Positions 1 to 9,689 of a stretch of DNA of 64,000 bases are shown in pieces. Origin of the DNA: Macrostomum lignano (lineage: Eukaryota); contig NIVC01001134.1 in assembly GCA_002269645.1 (NCBI GenBank), forward strand, positions 186,001-250,000, given 5' to 3'. Under the pieces are notes generated by a model that made no database searches, had not been told where the DNA came from, and saw nothing but the letters and a program-made list of their open reading frames with translations. Position 1 is the stretch's first letter; the number at the start of each line of letters is the position of its first letter. A program made the position numbers and the translations under genes.

Positions 1-355
1 GATTGAGGCGACAGATTGATAAATTGAGGCGCCAGATTGGGAGATTGAGGCGCCAGATTGGGAGATTGAGGCGCCAGATTGGGAGATTGAGGCTTCAGAT
101 TGGGAGATTGAGGCGCCAGATTGGGAGATTGAGGCGCCAGATTGGGAGATTGAGGCGCCAGATTGGGAGACTGAGGCGCCAGATTGGGAGATTGAGGCGC
201 CAGATTGGGAGACTGAGGCGCCAGATTGGGAGATTGAGGCGCCAGATTGGGAGCTTGAGGCACCACATGGGGAGATTGAGGCGCCAGATTGGGAGATTGA
301 GGCGCCAGATTGGGAGATTGAGGCGCCAGATTGATAAATTAAGGCGCCAAATTGA
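1..355. repeat. 21-bp minisatellite (gattgggagattgaggcgcca)n, in an intron of the minus-strand gene
   Basis: About 16 tandem units seen directly. It produces the (RRQIGRL)n artefact ORF. Confidence 0.95.
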
Positions 356-405
356 GACTGAAGCGCCAAATTCTGAGATTAGTATCCATCAGATCAGCAG
401 CTCAC

Positions 406-742
406 CTTGTACGTCACCGAAGTCTCCCGCTCCACATGCAGCGCCAGTTTCTGCTCGGCAGACGACGTGTTTTGAAAATTCGTATCGAAGCTGATCCGGC
501 CCTGCCGTCCCGAGCTCGAGCCCAGCTCCGCGCTGCCCGGCTCATTCTCCGGCTGGCTCGGGTCGGCCTGCTGAAAAGTGGTTGACACCAGCTCGACAAC
601 CAGGCCGGTCATGTCGAGAACGCCTCGACGCCGCTCCCATCTCGACACGCCGGGCCTCGCCTTGATGTCCTGCATGTACAGCTTGCTCAGCTCAAGCCGG
701 GTGTCTCTGCTGTCATCCTGCCTTGCTTTGCCTGACTGCTGC

Positions 743-778
<36 letters not shown>

Positions 779-831
779 GACATGGCGGGGTGCTGGAGGC
801 GCGGCTGGTCTGGGTGGAGGTCTGGGAGCAT
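406..831 (-). CDS. Coding exon of a polyQ-containing protein with similarity to ETX/MTX2 (aerolysin-like) beta-pore-forming proteins; gene continues off the left edge
   Basis: GC-rich open frame ending at the donor TACAAG|GTGAGC (405). The motif ISFDTNFQNTSSAEQKLALHVERETSVTYK resembles the F-x-T-x-F-x-N-x4-Q...ER-x-T pattern I recall from invertebrate ETX/MTX2-like proteins (not database-verified). (CTG)n at about 744-778 encodes polyQ. Confidence 0.5.
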
Positions 832-1043
832 GGAGGTCTGCTATGGCTCTTTGTCATTTATGCATGCCGACTCCCGCGACCCCTGGCAGTGAAACAAAGA
901 CCTGCAGACTGGCTTGCTCATTGGGGGGGGGGGGGCGGGGCGGGGAAACAGAGCTTCGACTATGACGTCACTAATTGGTGGAACTCTGAATTGCCTTGAC
1001 AATAGGCGGGCGCCCTCTAGGGACCCGAGGAGCAAACGCCATA

Positions 1044-1752
1044 CGTTGAGTAATGGGGGGGGGTTCTAGCAGCAGCCCATCTGGTCTTCAGAGGTAGAAT
1101 TCTTATCTGGAATCTCGCCCGCTCTTTGTTATGGCCAAGTTTTGGTCTTTGTTCTACGACTAGCAAGATTAAGCGACTGTTTCAGCCAGCCCTGCAATGC
1201 CCACAGGGCTGCTTAGCGGTGAATTCAATCTGGAATTCGGAACTTCAAGCTGACAATCACTGGCTCTCGCCCAGCTTCCACTTCCTACATCATCACTCAG
1301 CAGCTCCTCCCCTGTCTATCTCTCTCCTCCCCTGTCTATCTCTCTCCTCCCCTGTCTATCTCTCTCCTCCCCTGTCTATCTCTCTTCTCCCTGTCTATCT
1401 CTCTCCTCCCCTGTCTATCTCTCTCCTTCCCTGTCTATCTCTCTCCTCCCCTGTCTATCTCTCTCCTTCCCTGTCTATCTCTCTCCTCCGTTGAGTAATG
1501 GGGGGGGTTCTAGCAGCAGCCCATCTGGTCTTCAGAGGTAGAATTCTTATCTGGAATCTCGCCCGCTCTTTGTTATGGCCAAGTTTTGGTCTTTGTTCTA
1601 CGACTAGCAAGATTAAGCGACTGTTTCAGCCAGCCCTGCAATGCCCACGGGGCTGCTTAGCGGTGAATTCAATCTGGAATTCGGAACTTCAAGCTGACAA
1701 TCACTGGCTCTCGCCCAGCTTCCACTTCCTACATCATCACTCAGCAGCTCCT
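1044..1752. repeat. Tandem duplication of a ~265-bp unique segment (1044-1308 and 1489-1752), each copy followed by the same CT-rich minisatellite
   Basis: The copies are near-identical; differences seen are a G-run of 9 vs 8 and cacagg vs cacggg. Confidence 0.9.
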
Positions 1753-3085
1753 TCCTGTCTATCTCTCTCCTTCCCTGTCTATCTCTCTCCTCCCCTGTCT
1801 ATCTCTCCCCTTCCCTGTCTATCTCTCTCCTCCCCTGTCTATCTCTCTCCTTCCCTGTCTATCTCTCTCCTCCTCTGTCTATCTCTCTCCTCCCTGTCTA
1901 TCTCTCTCCTCCCCTGTCTATCTCTCTCCTCCCCTGTCTATCTCTCTCCTCCCCTGTCTATCTCTCTTCTCCCTGTCTATCTCTCTCCTCCCCTGTCTAT
2001 CTCTCTCCTTCCCTGTCTATCTCTCTCCTCCCCTGTCTATCTCTCTCCTTCCCTGTCTATCTCTCTCCTCCCCTGTCTATCTCTCTCCTCCCCTGTCTAT
2101 CTCTCTCCTCCTCTGTCTATCTCTCTCATCCCTGTCTATCTCTCTCCTCCCCTGTCTATCTCTCTCATCCCTGTCTATCTCTCTCCTCCTCTGTCTATCT
2201 CTCTTCTCCCTGTCTGTCTCTCTCCTCCCCTGTCGGTCTCTCTCCTCTCCCCTGTCGGTCTCTCTCCTCCCCTGTCTATCTCTCTCCTTCTCTGTCTATC
2301 TCTCTCCTCCTCTGTCTATCTCTCTCCTCCCCTGTCTATCTCTCTCCTCCCCTGTCTATCTCTCTCCTCCCCTGTCTATCTCTCTCCTCCCCTGTCTATC
2401 TCTCTCCTCCCCTGTCTATCTCTCTTCTCCCTGTCTATCTCTCTCCTCCCCTGTCTATCTCTCTCCTTCCCTGTCTATCTCTCTCCTCCCCTGTCTATCT
2501 CTCTCCTTCCCTGTCTATCTCTCTCCTCCCCTGTCTATCTCTCTCCTCCCCTGTCTATCTCTCTCCTCCTCTGTCTATCTCTCTCATCCCTGTCTATCTC
2601 TCTCCTCCCCTGTCTATCTCTCTCATCCCTGTCTATCTCTCTCCTCCTCTGTCTATCTCTCTTCTCCCTGTCTGTCTCTCTCCTCCCCTGTCGGTCTCTC
2701 TCCTCTCCCCTGTCGGTCTCTCTCCTCCCCTGTCTATCTCTCTCCTTCTCTGTCTATCTCTCTCCTCCCCTGTGTCTATCTCTCTCCTCCCCTGTCTATC
2801 TCTCTCCTCCCCTGTCTATCTCTCTCCTTCCCTGTCTATCTCTCTCCTCCCCTGTCGGTCTCTCTCCTCCCTGTCTATCTCTCTCCTCCCCTGTCTATCT
2901 CTCTCCTCCCTGTCTATCTCTCTCCTCCCATGTGTATCTCTCTCCTCCTCTGTCTATCTCTCTTCTCCCTGTCTATCTCTCTCCTCCCCTTTCTGTCTCT
3001 CTTCTCCCTGTCTATCTCTCTCCTCCCCTGTCGGTCTCTCTCCTCCCTGTCTATCTCTCTCCTCCCCTGTCTGTCTCTCTCTTCC
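1305..3085. repeat. ~20-bp CT-rich minisatellite (cctgtctatctctctcctcc)n
   Basis: Direct tandem units, interrupted by the duplicated segment at 1489-1752. Confidence 0.95.
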
Positions 3086-3597
3086 CGGTACAACGATAAC
3101 TTCTAGTGGTCCTTGCGCGAATCGATTCTATAGTAAATTTAATATTTACTCTGTAAAATTACTTAAAGTAGTACAATAGCCATTTTAAGCGTTTTTTATT
3201 ACAAACGGCTTTGAAAAGAAGATGAGAGGTCCCAGAAGCTGCGGCAGCTTTCCTGCTCTCTATTCAGCTGATTTTGCTCTCGTGTCCGGTTTTTTCCGGC
3301 TGAGTTCCTGTGGATCGCGGATCGATCAAGCTATCAATTCGTTGCTATGACAACGGTAATGAGTAGACTCCGCGCGAAAGCTCAGCAAAGAAAAATCGAA
3401 GATTCAAACAATGATTTGTGGGATCTGGCTGGTGACAAAAGCCCGGAAACTTCGCTCAAGACGGAATTCAACAGAAATTTTCCATGACTGCTGATTCTGA
3501 GTGTTCTGAATAGACTGGGCAGTTGTCACGCTGTCTTGTCACTCCCTTCTCATACCTGTAGCAACTCCTCTTCAATTCCTTTCTCGTAGAATATGTT

Positions 3598-3972
3598 CAG
3601 TCTCTTCACTCCCTCCTCACAGCGCCTTGTCACTCTCTTCACTCCCTCCTCACAGCGCCTTGTCACTCTCTTCACTCCCTCCTCACAGCGCCTTGTCACT
3701 CTCTTCACTCCCTCCTCACAGCGCCTTGTCACTCTCTTCACTCCCTCCTCACAGCGCCTTGTCACTCTCTTCACTCCCTCCTCACAGCGCCTTGTCACTC
3801 TCTTCACTCCCTCCTCACAGCGCCTTGTCACTCTCTTCACTCCCTCCTCACAGCGCCTTGTCACTCTCTTCACTCCCTCCTCACAGCGCCTTGTCACTCT
3901 CTTCACTCCCTCCTCACAGCGCCTTGTCACTCTCTTCACTCCCTCCTCACAGCGCCTTGTCACTCTCCACCC
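3598..3972. repeat. 33-bp minisatellite (ctctcttcactccctcctcacagcgccttgtca)n
   Basis: About 11 near-perfect copies. Confidence 0.95.
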
Positions 3973-4574
3973 CTTTCTCACAGCCAACATCAGCACTGTG
4001 CACAGGTACCTTCATTTCTCTTTCAACATGCGAAAGCAAAAATTCCTTGACAAACAATTTGATGCATAATCTGGACAGAATTGGATAAGAAAGATAAGAA
4101 AGAAGATAATCATTAATTGTATTATATATTTGACACATTTATTTTACTGTTTTTGCAACTTAGGACACACAACAGATATAATCGCAATTGAAAGGAGAAA
4201 ACAAAAGTAAATTAATCAGTGGCTTTTCAGATGTGCATTTATAAAAGAAAAAATTATATAATCAAGTTTTAAATTTTAGCGACTAAGATTCAAGAAGCAC
4301 TGAACATAAAATAAAAAATATTTGCGCATCGAATCGGATGTTTTTCAATAAAATTTAATAGTTTGTTGAGTTTTAAGCGAAAAAAACAAATAAAAAGTAT
4401 CTTTAAAAACATTTTGCAAAAAACGTTTTAAAGTTCATGAAAGGGATACCCAAATTATAATATAACTTTAACATAGAAGTCAACAGGTAAAGATGGCTCG
4501 TAGTTTAAAAACAGGAGAAAAATAGTCAAGAATCTTTTAAAGTATTTTATCCACAATTTGAGAAAATAGAGTTG

Positions 4575-5432
4575 GTCAGCATCGGTCACATACTGTCAGT
4601 AGATGCTGTTACACACTGTCAACATCGGTCACACACTGTCAGCATTGGTCACACACTGTCAGCATTGGTCACACACTGTCAGCATTGGTCACACACTGTC
4701 AGCATTGGTCACACACTGTCAGCAGTAGTCACATACTGTCGGCAGTAGTCACGCACTGTCAGCATTGGTCACACACTGTCGGCAGTAGTCACACACTGTC
4801 AGCATTGGTCACACACTGTCAGCATTGGTCACACACTGTCAGCATTGGTCACACACTGTCAGCATTGGTCACACACTGTCAGCATTGGTCACACACTGTC
4901 GGCAGTAGTCAGACACTGTCGGCAGTAGTCACACACTGTCAGCATCGGTCACACACTGTCGGCAGTAGTCACACACTGTCAGCATCGGTCACACACTGTC
5001 AGCATTGGTCACACACTGTCAGCATTGGTCACACACTGTCGGCAGTAGTCACATACTGTCAGCATTGGTCACACACTGTCAGCATTGGTCACACACTGTC
5101 GGCAGTAGTCACACACTGTCGGCAGTAGTCACACACTGTCAGCATCGGTCACACATTGTCAGCAGCAGTAACGCACTGTCAGTGTCGGTAACACACTGTC
5201 AGTTTCGGTCACACACTGTCAGTGTCGGTCACACACTGTTAGTGTCCGTCACACACAGTTAATGTCGGTCACACTGTCAGCATCAGTCACACTGTCAGCG
5301 TCGGTCACACTGTCAGCAGCAGTCACACTGTCAGCGTCGGTCACACTGTCAGCAGCAGTCACACTGTCAGCGTCGGTCACACTGTCAGCAGCAGTCACAC
5401 TGTCAGCGTCGGTCACACTGTCAGCAGCAGTC
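4575..5432. repeat. 20-bp (cacactgtcagcattggtca) minisatellite grading into an 18-bp form; abuts the stop codon of the Gly-rich gene
   Basis: Direct tandem units. Confidence 0.95.
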
Positions 5433-7899
5433 ACCCGCAAGTGCCCAGGTTCAGCAGCTTGACCTCAACCAGCCCATGCTCCCTGCCAGTGTTGCCACCC
5501 ATAAGAATGTCGCTATAAAGTCCGACTTCGGCACAGAAGGAGCCGCCGCCGCCTCCGGCCTGTCCGGATCCCGGACCAGCTCCGCCGCCGCTGTACCCGC
5601 CGCCGCCTCCGCTGCAACCATCGGAGCTGCCGCCGCCGCCGCCGCCTCCACCGCCGCCGAATCCACCGAACCCGGCCGAGTTGAAGACGCCGGCCTTCCC
5701 GCCAGTCCAGCCGTCAGCTCTGCTGCCGCCTCCCTGGCCCTGACTGCCGCTGACCGACCGGCCAGACGAACTGAACCAGCCGGCTCCGGGGCCGCCAGCG
5801 TTGCCCGTGGGGTTCGTGTTTCTGATCCCGGCGCTGCCGTTGACGCCGCCGTGACCCACATTCGTGATACCTCCGGCGGGGTTTTGAGAGTTCGAGCCGC
5901 TCGAGAGAGCCTGGCCCGGCTGGCCTAAAAGACAGGTGAGATTTAGTTAGCAATGCATCTTTGACACACCTGCTTTCGTTTGCTTGACGCATCTATGTAA
6001 GTTCTCTGACACACCTGACACACCTGACATATCTGATCCACCTGAAAACCTGACACATCTGACACACCTGACATATCTGACACACCTGACATATCTGACA
6101 CACCTGACACATCTGACACACCTGACATATCTGACACACCTGACACATCTGACAAACCTGACACATCTGACACACCTGACACATCTGACACACCTGACAC
6201 ACCTGAAACACCTGACATATCTGATCCACCTGAAGACCTGACACATCTGACACACCTGACATATCTGACACACCTGACATATCTGACACACCTGACACAT
6301 CTGACACACCTGACACACCTGACACACCTGACACATCTGAAAGATCTGACACACCTGACACACCTGACACACCTGACACACCTGACACACCTGTCACTCC
6401 TGACACACCTAGCTGACACACCTGTCACTCCTGACACACCCATTCGGATTCCGTCACACTTATTTTTAAAAGTCCACAATAACTGACATTCCCAGTTGCC
6501 ACTCTAGTAATCAATAACAACTGAAGCCAGGATCCCACCTATTATCGATCCCACCGCGCCGCCGCCGCCGCCAGCAGCCAGGTACAGGTAATTATTGTCA
6601 TCGTCGTACACGAAAGAGCCGCCGCCGCCGCCGGACCCGACGCCCGGCGAGGTGCCGCCGGCGTCACCGCCGCGCTGCCCGACAACGATGCTGAGCGACT
6701 TACCGACAGTCAGGTAAAATTTGGCCGTCGCCGAGGCGCCGTAGCCGCCAAGCTTTTGGCCTAAGGTGTTCGGCACAGCGGAGCCGCCTTTGGCGCCGAC
6801 GGCAGAGATTGCATAGCAACCAGTTGCTACGGCGGTGAACTTCTGTACCGATCCGCTCTGGCCTGAGTTGCTGTCTGCGAGAGCGGTAAAAGTGGACAGC
6901 ATCATCCTTACATAGACAGCGTCATCCTGACATTGACAGCATCACCCTCACATTGACAGCATCATTCTGAGATTGACAGCATCATCCTGCACATTGACAG
7001 CATCATTCTGACATTGACAGCACCATCCTGACTCTCTGACAGCATTACTAGAGTGTATGTTATGCCTCACTACTAAATCGAAGCGATTTTCCCAAGCACA
7101 GGATCGAGTCGTCCGATGCCGCGGGTCAGCCACAGCCCACTGCTGACTGCCAGCCGTCAGGAACTTCCGAACAGCAGCAGAGTCGGATGTCCGATTGTCC
7201 GAGACGGCCAGGGCCAACAGGCAGCTGTCGATCCCGCGAGGAAGATTAGAGTCGGGTCGGATGCTCAGCGCCACGCACCGCCTGTTCAGCGAGCACCGCA
7301 GGTGGCACTCCGGCCCGGAACCCACCGGCGCTTCTCTTAGCAACAGGCCGCAGAAATTGCCCAGCAACTGGCGCCGCAGCCTGATGGCCGATACCTGCGA
7401 CTGGTGGCAGCTGGACTCGGTGGGTAGCTGGGCCGCTGAATAGGTGAAAGGGTAGGTGACTGAGGGTGTTGGGTAGGTGACTGAGGGTGTTGGGTAGGTG
7501 ACTGAGGGTGTTGGGTAGGTGACTGAGGGTGTTGGGTAGGTGACTGAGGGTGTTGGGTAGGTAACTGAGGATGTTGGGTAGGTAACTGAGGATGTTGGGT
7601 AGGTGACTGAGGGTGTTGGTTGCACGGACTACTTAAGTAATATAAACGACAATTAAGTAGTCCGTGGTTGGTTGGTGACTGAGGATGTTGGGTAGGTGAC
7701 TGGGTGTTGGGTAGGTGACTGAGTATATTTGGTAGGTGACGGAGGGTGTTGGGTAGGTTGCCGAGGATACTGGGTAGATTACTGAGGATATTGGGTAGAT
7801 TGCTGAAAGATCTGGCGGTAAACTACTGAAGTAGCTGAAGACAGGCTGCAAAAACTTGCCTGAGAGAAGGGCGACAAGAATTGCCTCGAAGACCTTCAT
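5431..7899 (-). CDS. Secreted PAN/apple-like + ALK/LTK-type glycine-rich-domain protein (~418 aa); exons 7899-7860, 7435-7049, 6874-6539, 5924-5431
   Basis: Signal-peptide-like start [19 protein letters not shown]-like [23 protein letters not shown]. Gly-rich domain hallmarks [63 protein letters not shown]. All junctions keep frame (1257 nt). The intron-2 boundaries are the least certain. Confidence 0.75.
5975..6440. repeat. 9-bp-based minisatellite (cacctgaca/catctgaca) in intron 3 of the Gly-rich gene
   Basis: Direct tandem units. Confidence 0.95.
6893..7045. repeat. ~20-bp minisatellite (tgacagcatcatcctgacat) in intron 2 of the Gly-rich gene
   Basis: About 7 diverged units starting just after the predicted donor at 7048. 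Confidence 0.85.
7445..7800. repeat. 21-bp minisatellite (gggtaggtgactgagggtgtt) in intron 1 of the Gly-rich gene
   Basis: Direct tandem units ending about 10 nt from the acceptor. Confidence 0.9.
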
Positions 7900-8204
7900 G
7901 CAGAGTATAGAAAGTTGGCAGAATTTACGAGCAATGGAAATACCTCAGGTTGACATGAGCTGCTTTCAGGTCTGAAAATCTCTATATATGCTCATCAGTT
8001 CTTTCGGCTAGCTCCCAGTCGCTGCATATACTACTATTAGTAAGGCTAGTTTTTGGATTCCACTTGGAAAACTACATGTAAAGTTTGGCAGTTAATAGAA
8101 CAGACTTCTTAGTATTTCTTTTCTACTTTGTAAACTGTCTATTAGTTTACAGTAATCTACCCACCATCCTGCCCAATATATTCATTATTAATACTCATGG
8201 TCCT

Positions 8205-8430
8205 TGTTCTCAACACCGAAATTGCATCCTTGATACCCAGTGCTCACGGCCCAGTTCTCAACACCGAATCCTCACCCTTGATACTCACAGCCCTGTTCTC
8301 AACACCGAATCCTCACCCTTTATACTCACAGCCCTGTTCTCAACACCGAATCCTCATCCTTGATACTCACGGCCCAGTTCTCAACACCGAATTCTCGTCC
8401 TTGATATTGAAGGCCTATTATCAACACAGA
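8205..8430. repeat. ~41-bp diverged tandem repeat (ctcaacaccgaatcctcacccttgatactcacagccctgtt)
   Basis: About 5 copies. Confidence 0.85.
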
Positions 8431-9449
8431 GTACTCATCCTTGATACCACAGCAACGTTCTATGCAAACCATTGTAGCCTTATACTGAAAGTTCGAATAA
8501 GTAAGATGTCGAAGACGCATCTGTCATAGGCATTTGTAAGCGTTTTGACATAAGAATTAGTAAATTATAATATGAAAACCATAATTAGCAGAAACCGCTT
8601 GCTTCGCAAATAAATTCAGAGTTGCCAGCTGAGCAGCTTGAAGAAAAAGCTTGAGTTACTTTAGCCTGTAAAGCAAAGAAACTGACGCGAACGAATGCTT
8701 GCAATGTTGAATTGGTGTTTGTAAAACAGAGCCAAGTTTTGGACGGAATGAGCCGGGGAATCGGGTACGGCACAGTGAACCAGACGCGGTCAGTAGAGAA
8801 ACTCACACAAAATAAACCTGTTAAAAACGTTTTCTCACTTCTATTGGTAGTAGTGAGTTGAGAGAGAGAGAACAAAGCGCATAGGAAATTTTGATCAAGA
8901 AGGATTCCAATATGCAAAGCAGTTAATCCAAAATTCACAAACGAAATTAAAAAATAGTAAATTATAAAGAAACAAAACAAAACAGGAGACAGGGCGGCAC
9001 AACAACATTCGTGCATATGGAGAAAAGTTCGTTAATTTCTAGATAAAGAACTCAAACAAAGGCTTGGTCCCTCAGAGATAAATATCATACAAGTGTCTCA
9101 AAGTTTCTACCCCAATAGTTGGACAAATGCCTCGTCATCTAACTGTTGTCTGTCTTCAGTAATAAGTAGTATATAAAGGCTGCACAAATGTTTTACTCGC
9201 TCGGGTTTGCATCAAACTGAATTAATTCAGATATACAATTGAATAGAAGGACGAGTAGTTTCGTTTCCTTTCTTAGAAACTATTTGAAGGCTTAGCAATA
9301 GCAATTAAATATGATTTATTTGATTGATTTTCCTAGAATATTAATTCATTATTACACCTGCTCTAATGGACAGATGTGCAATTGACAAGTTGACAGCTCA
9401 GCCGCAGCTATTGCGCGGCGCATCCGAAGGCTGCGTACGGCTGTCCAGT

Positions 9450-9640
9450 CCAAGGACTGGTGGGTCATCACGCACCCTCAATACCCCAGCTAATGCTGGC
9501 ACTTATTTTAGAGCTGGCTGAACTGAAGCAATGCAGAGAGCTAAGTGTCTTGCTTAAGGGCACAAACTGTTCCAGTGGGACAGAGAATCGAACCCCCGAC
9601 CTTTCAGTTGAGTTCCGACAGCCAGCCTGTAAAACTTTTC
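9450..9640 (-). mobile_element. Probable tRNA-derived CORE-type SINE remnant
   Basis: The minus strand reads ...aggtcgggGGTTCGATTCtctgtccc (B-box/T-loop) followed by gtgcccttaagcaagacacttagctctct, which resembles the CORE/MIR domain (gtgaccttgggcaagtcacttaacctctct, from memory). Confidence 0.55.
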
Positions 9641-9689
9641 TAAGAAACGGATTCCCCCTTAGACGAATTTCCATTTCTGTATAATTTGT

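Noticed and set aside
3-494. (RRQIGRL)n ORF that looks like a perfect basic coiled-coil heptad
   Set aside because: Any stop-free 21-bp repeat gives a heptad. It starts at a non-ATG codon and lies antisense within an intron of the minus-strand gene.
1498-3099. 533-aa Leu/Ser/Pro-rich ORF and other long ORFs over repeats (3550-4088, 4685-5462, 5943-6479, 10456-11464, 18035-18493, 19819-20514, 23053-24804, 33536-34214, 47411-47839, 53613-54170, 54900-56510)
   Set aside because: These are translations of minisatellites, open in several frames or on both strands. Many lie inside introns of well-supported genes.
3340-3600. Short exon-like segments (LNIFYEKGIEEELLQ|GT on minus; MSRLRAKAQQRK on plus)
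   Set aside because: They could not be linked into a gene model and have no motif support.
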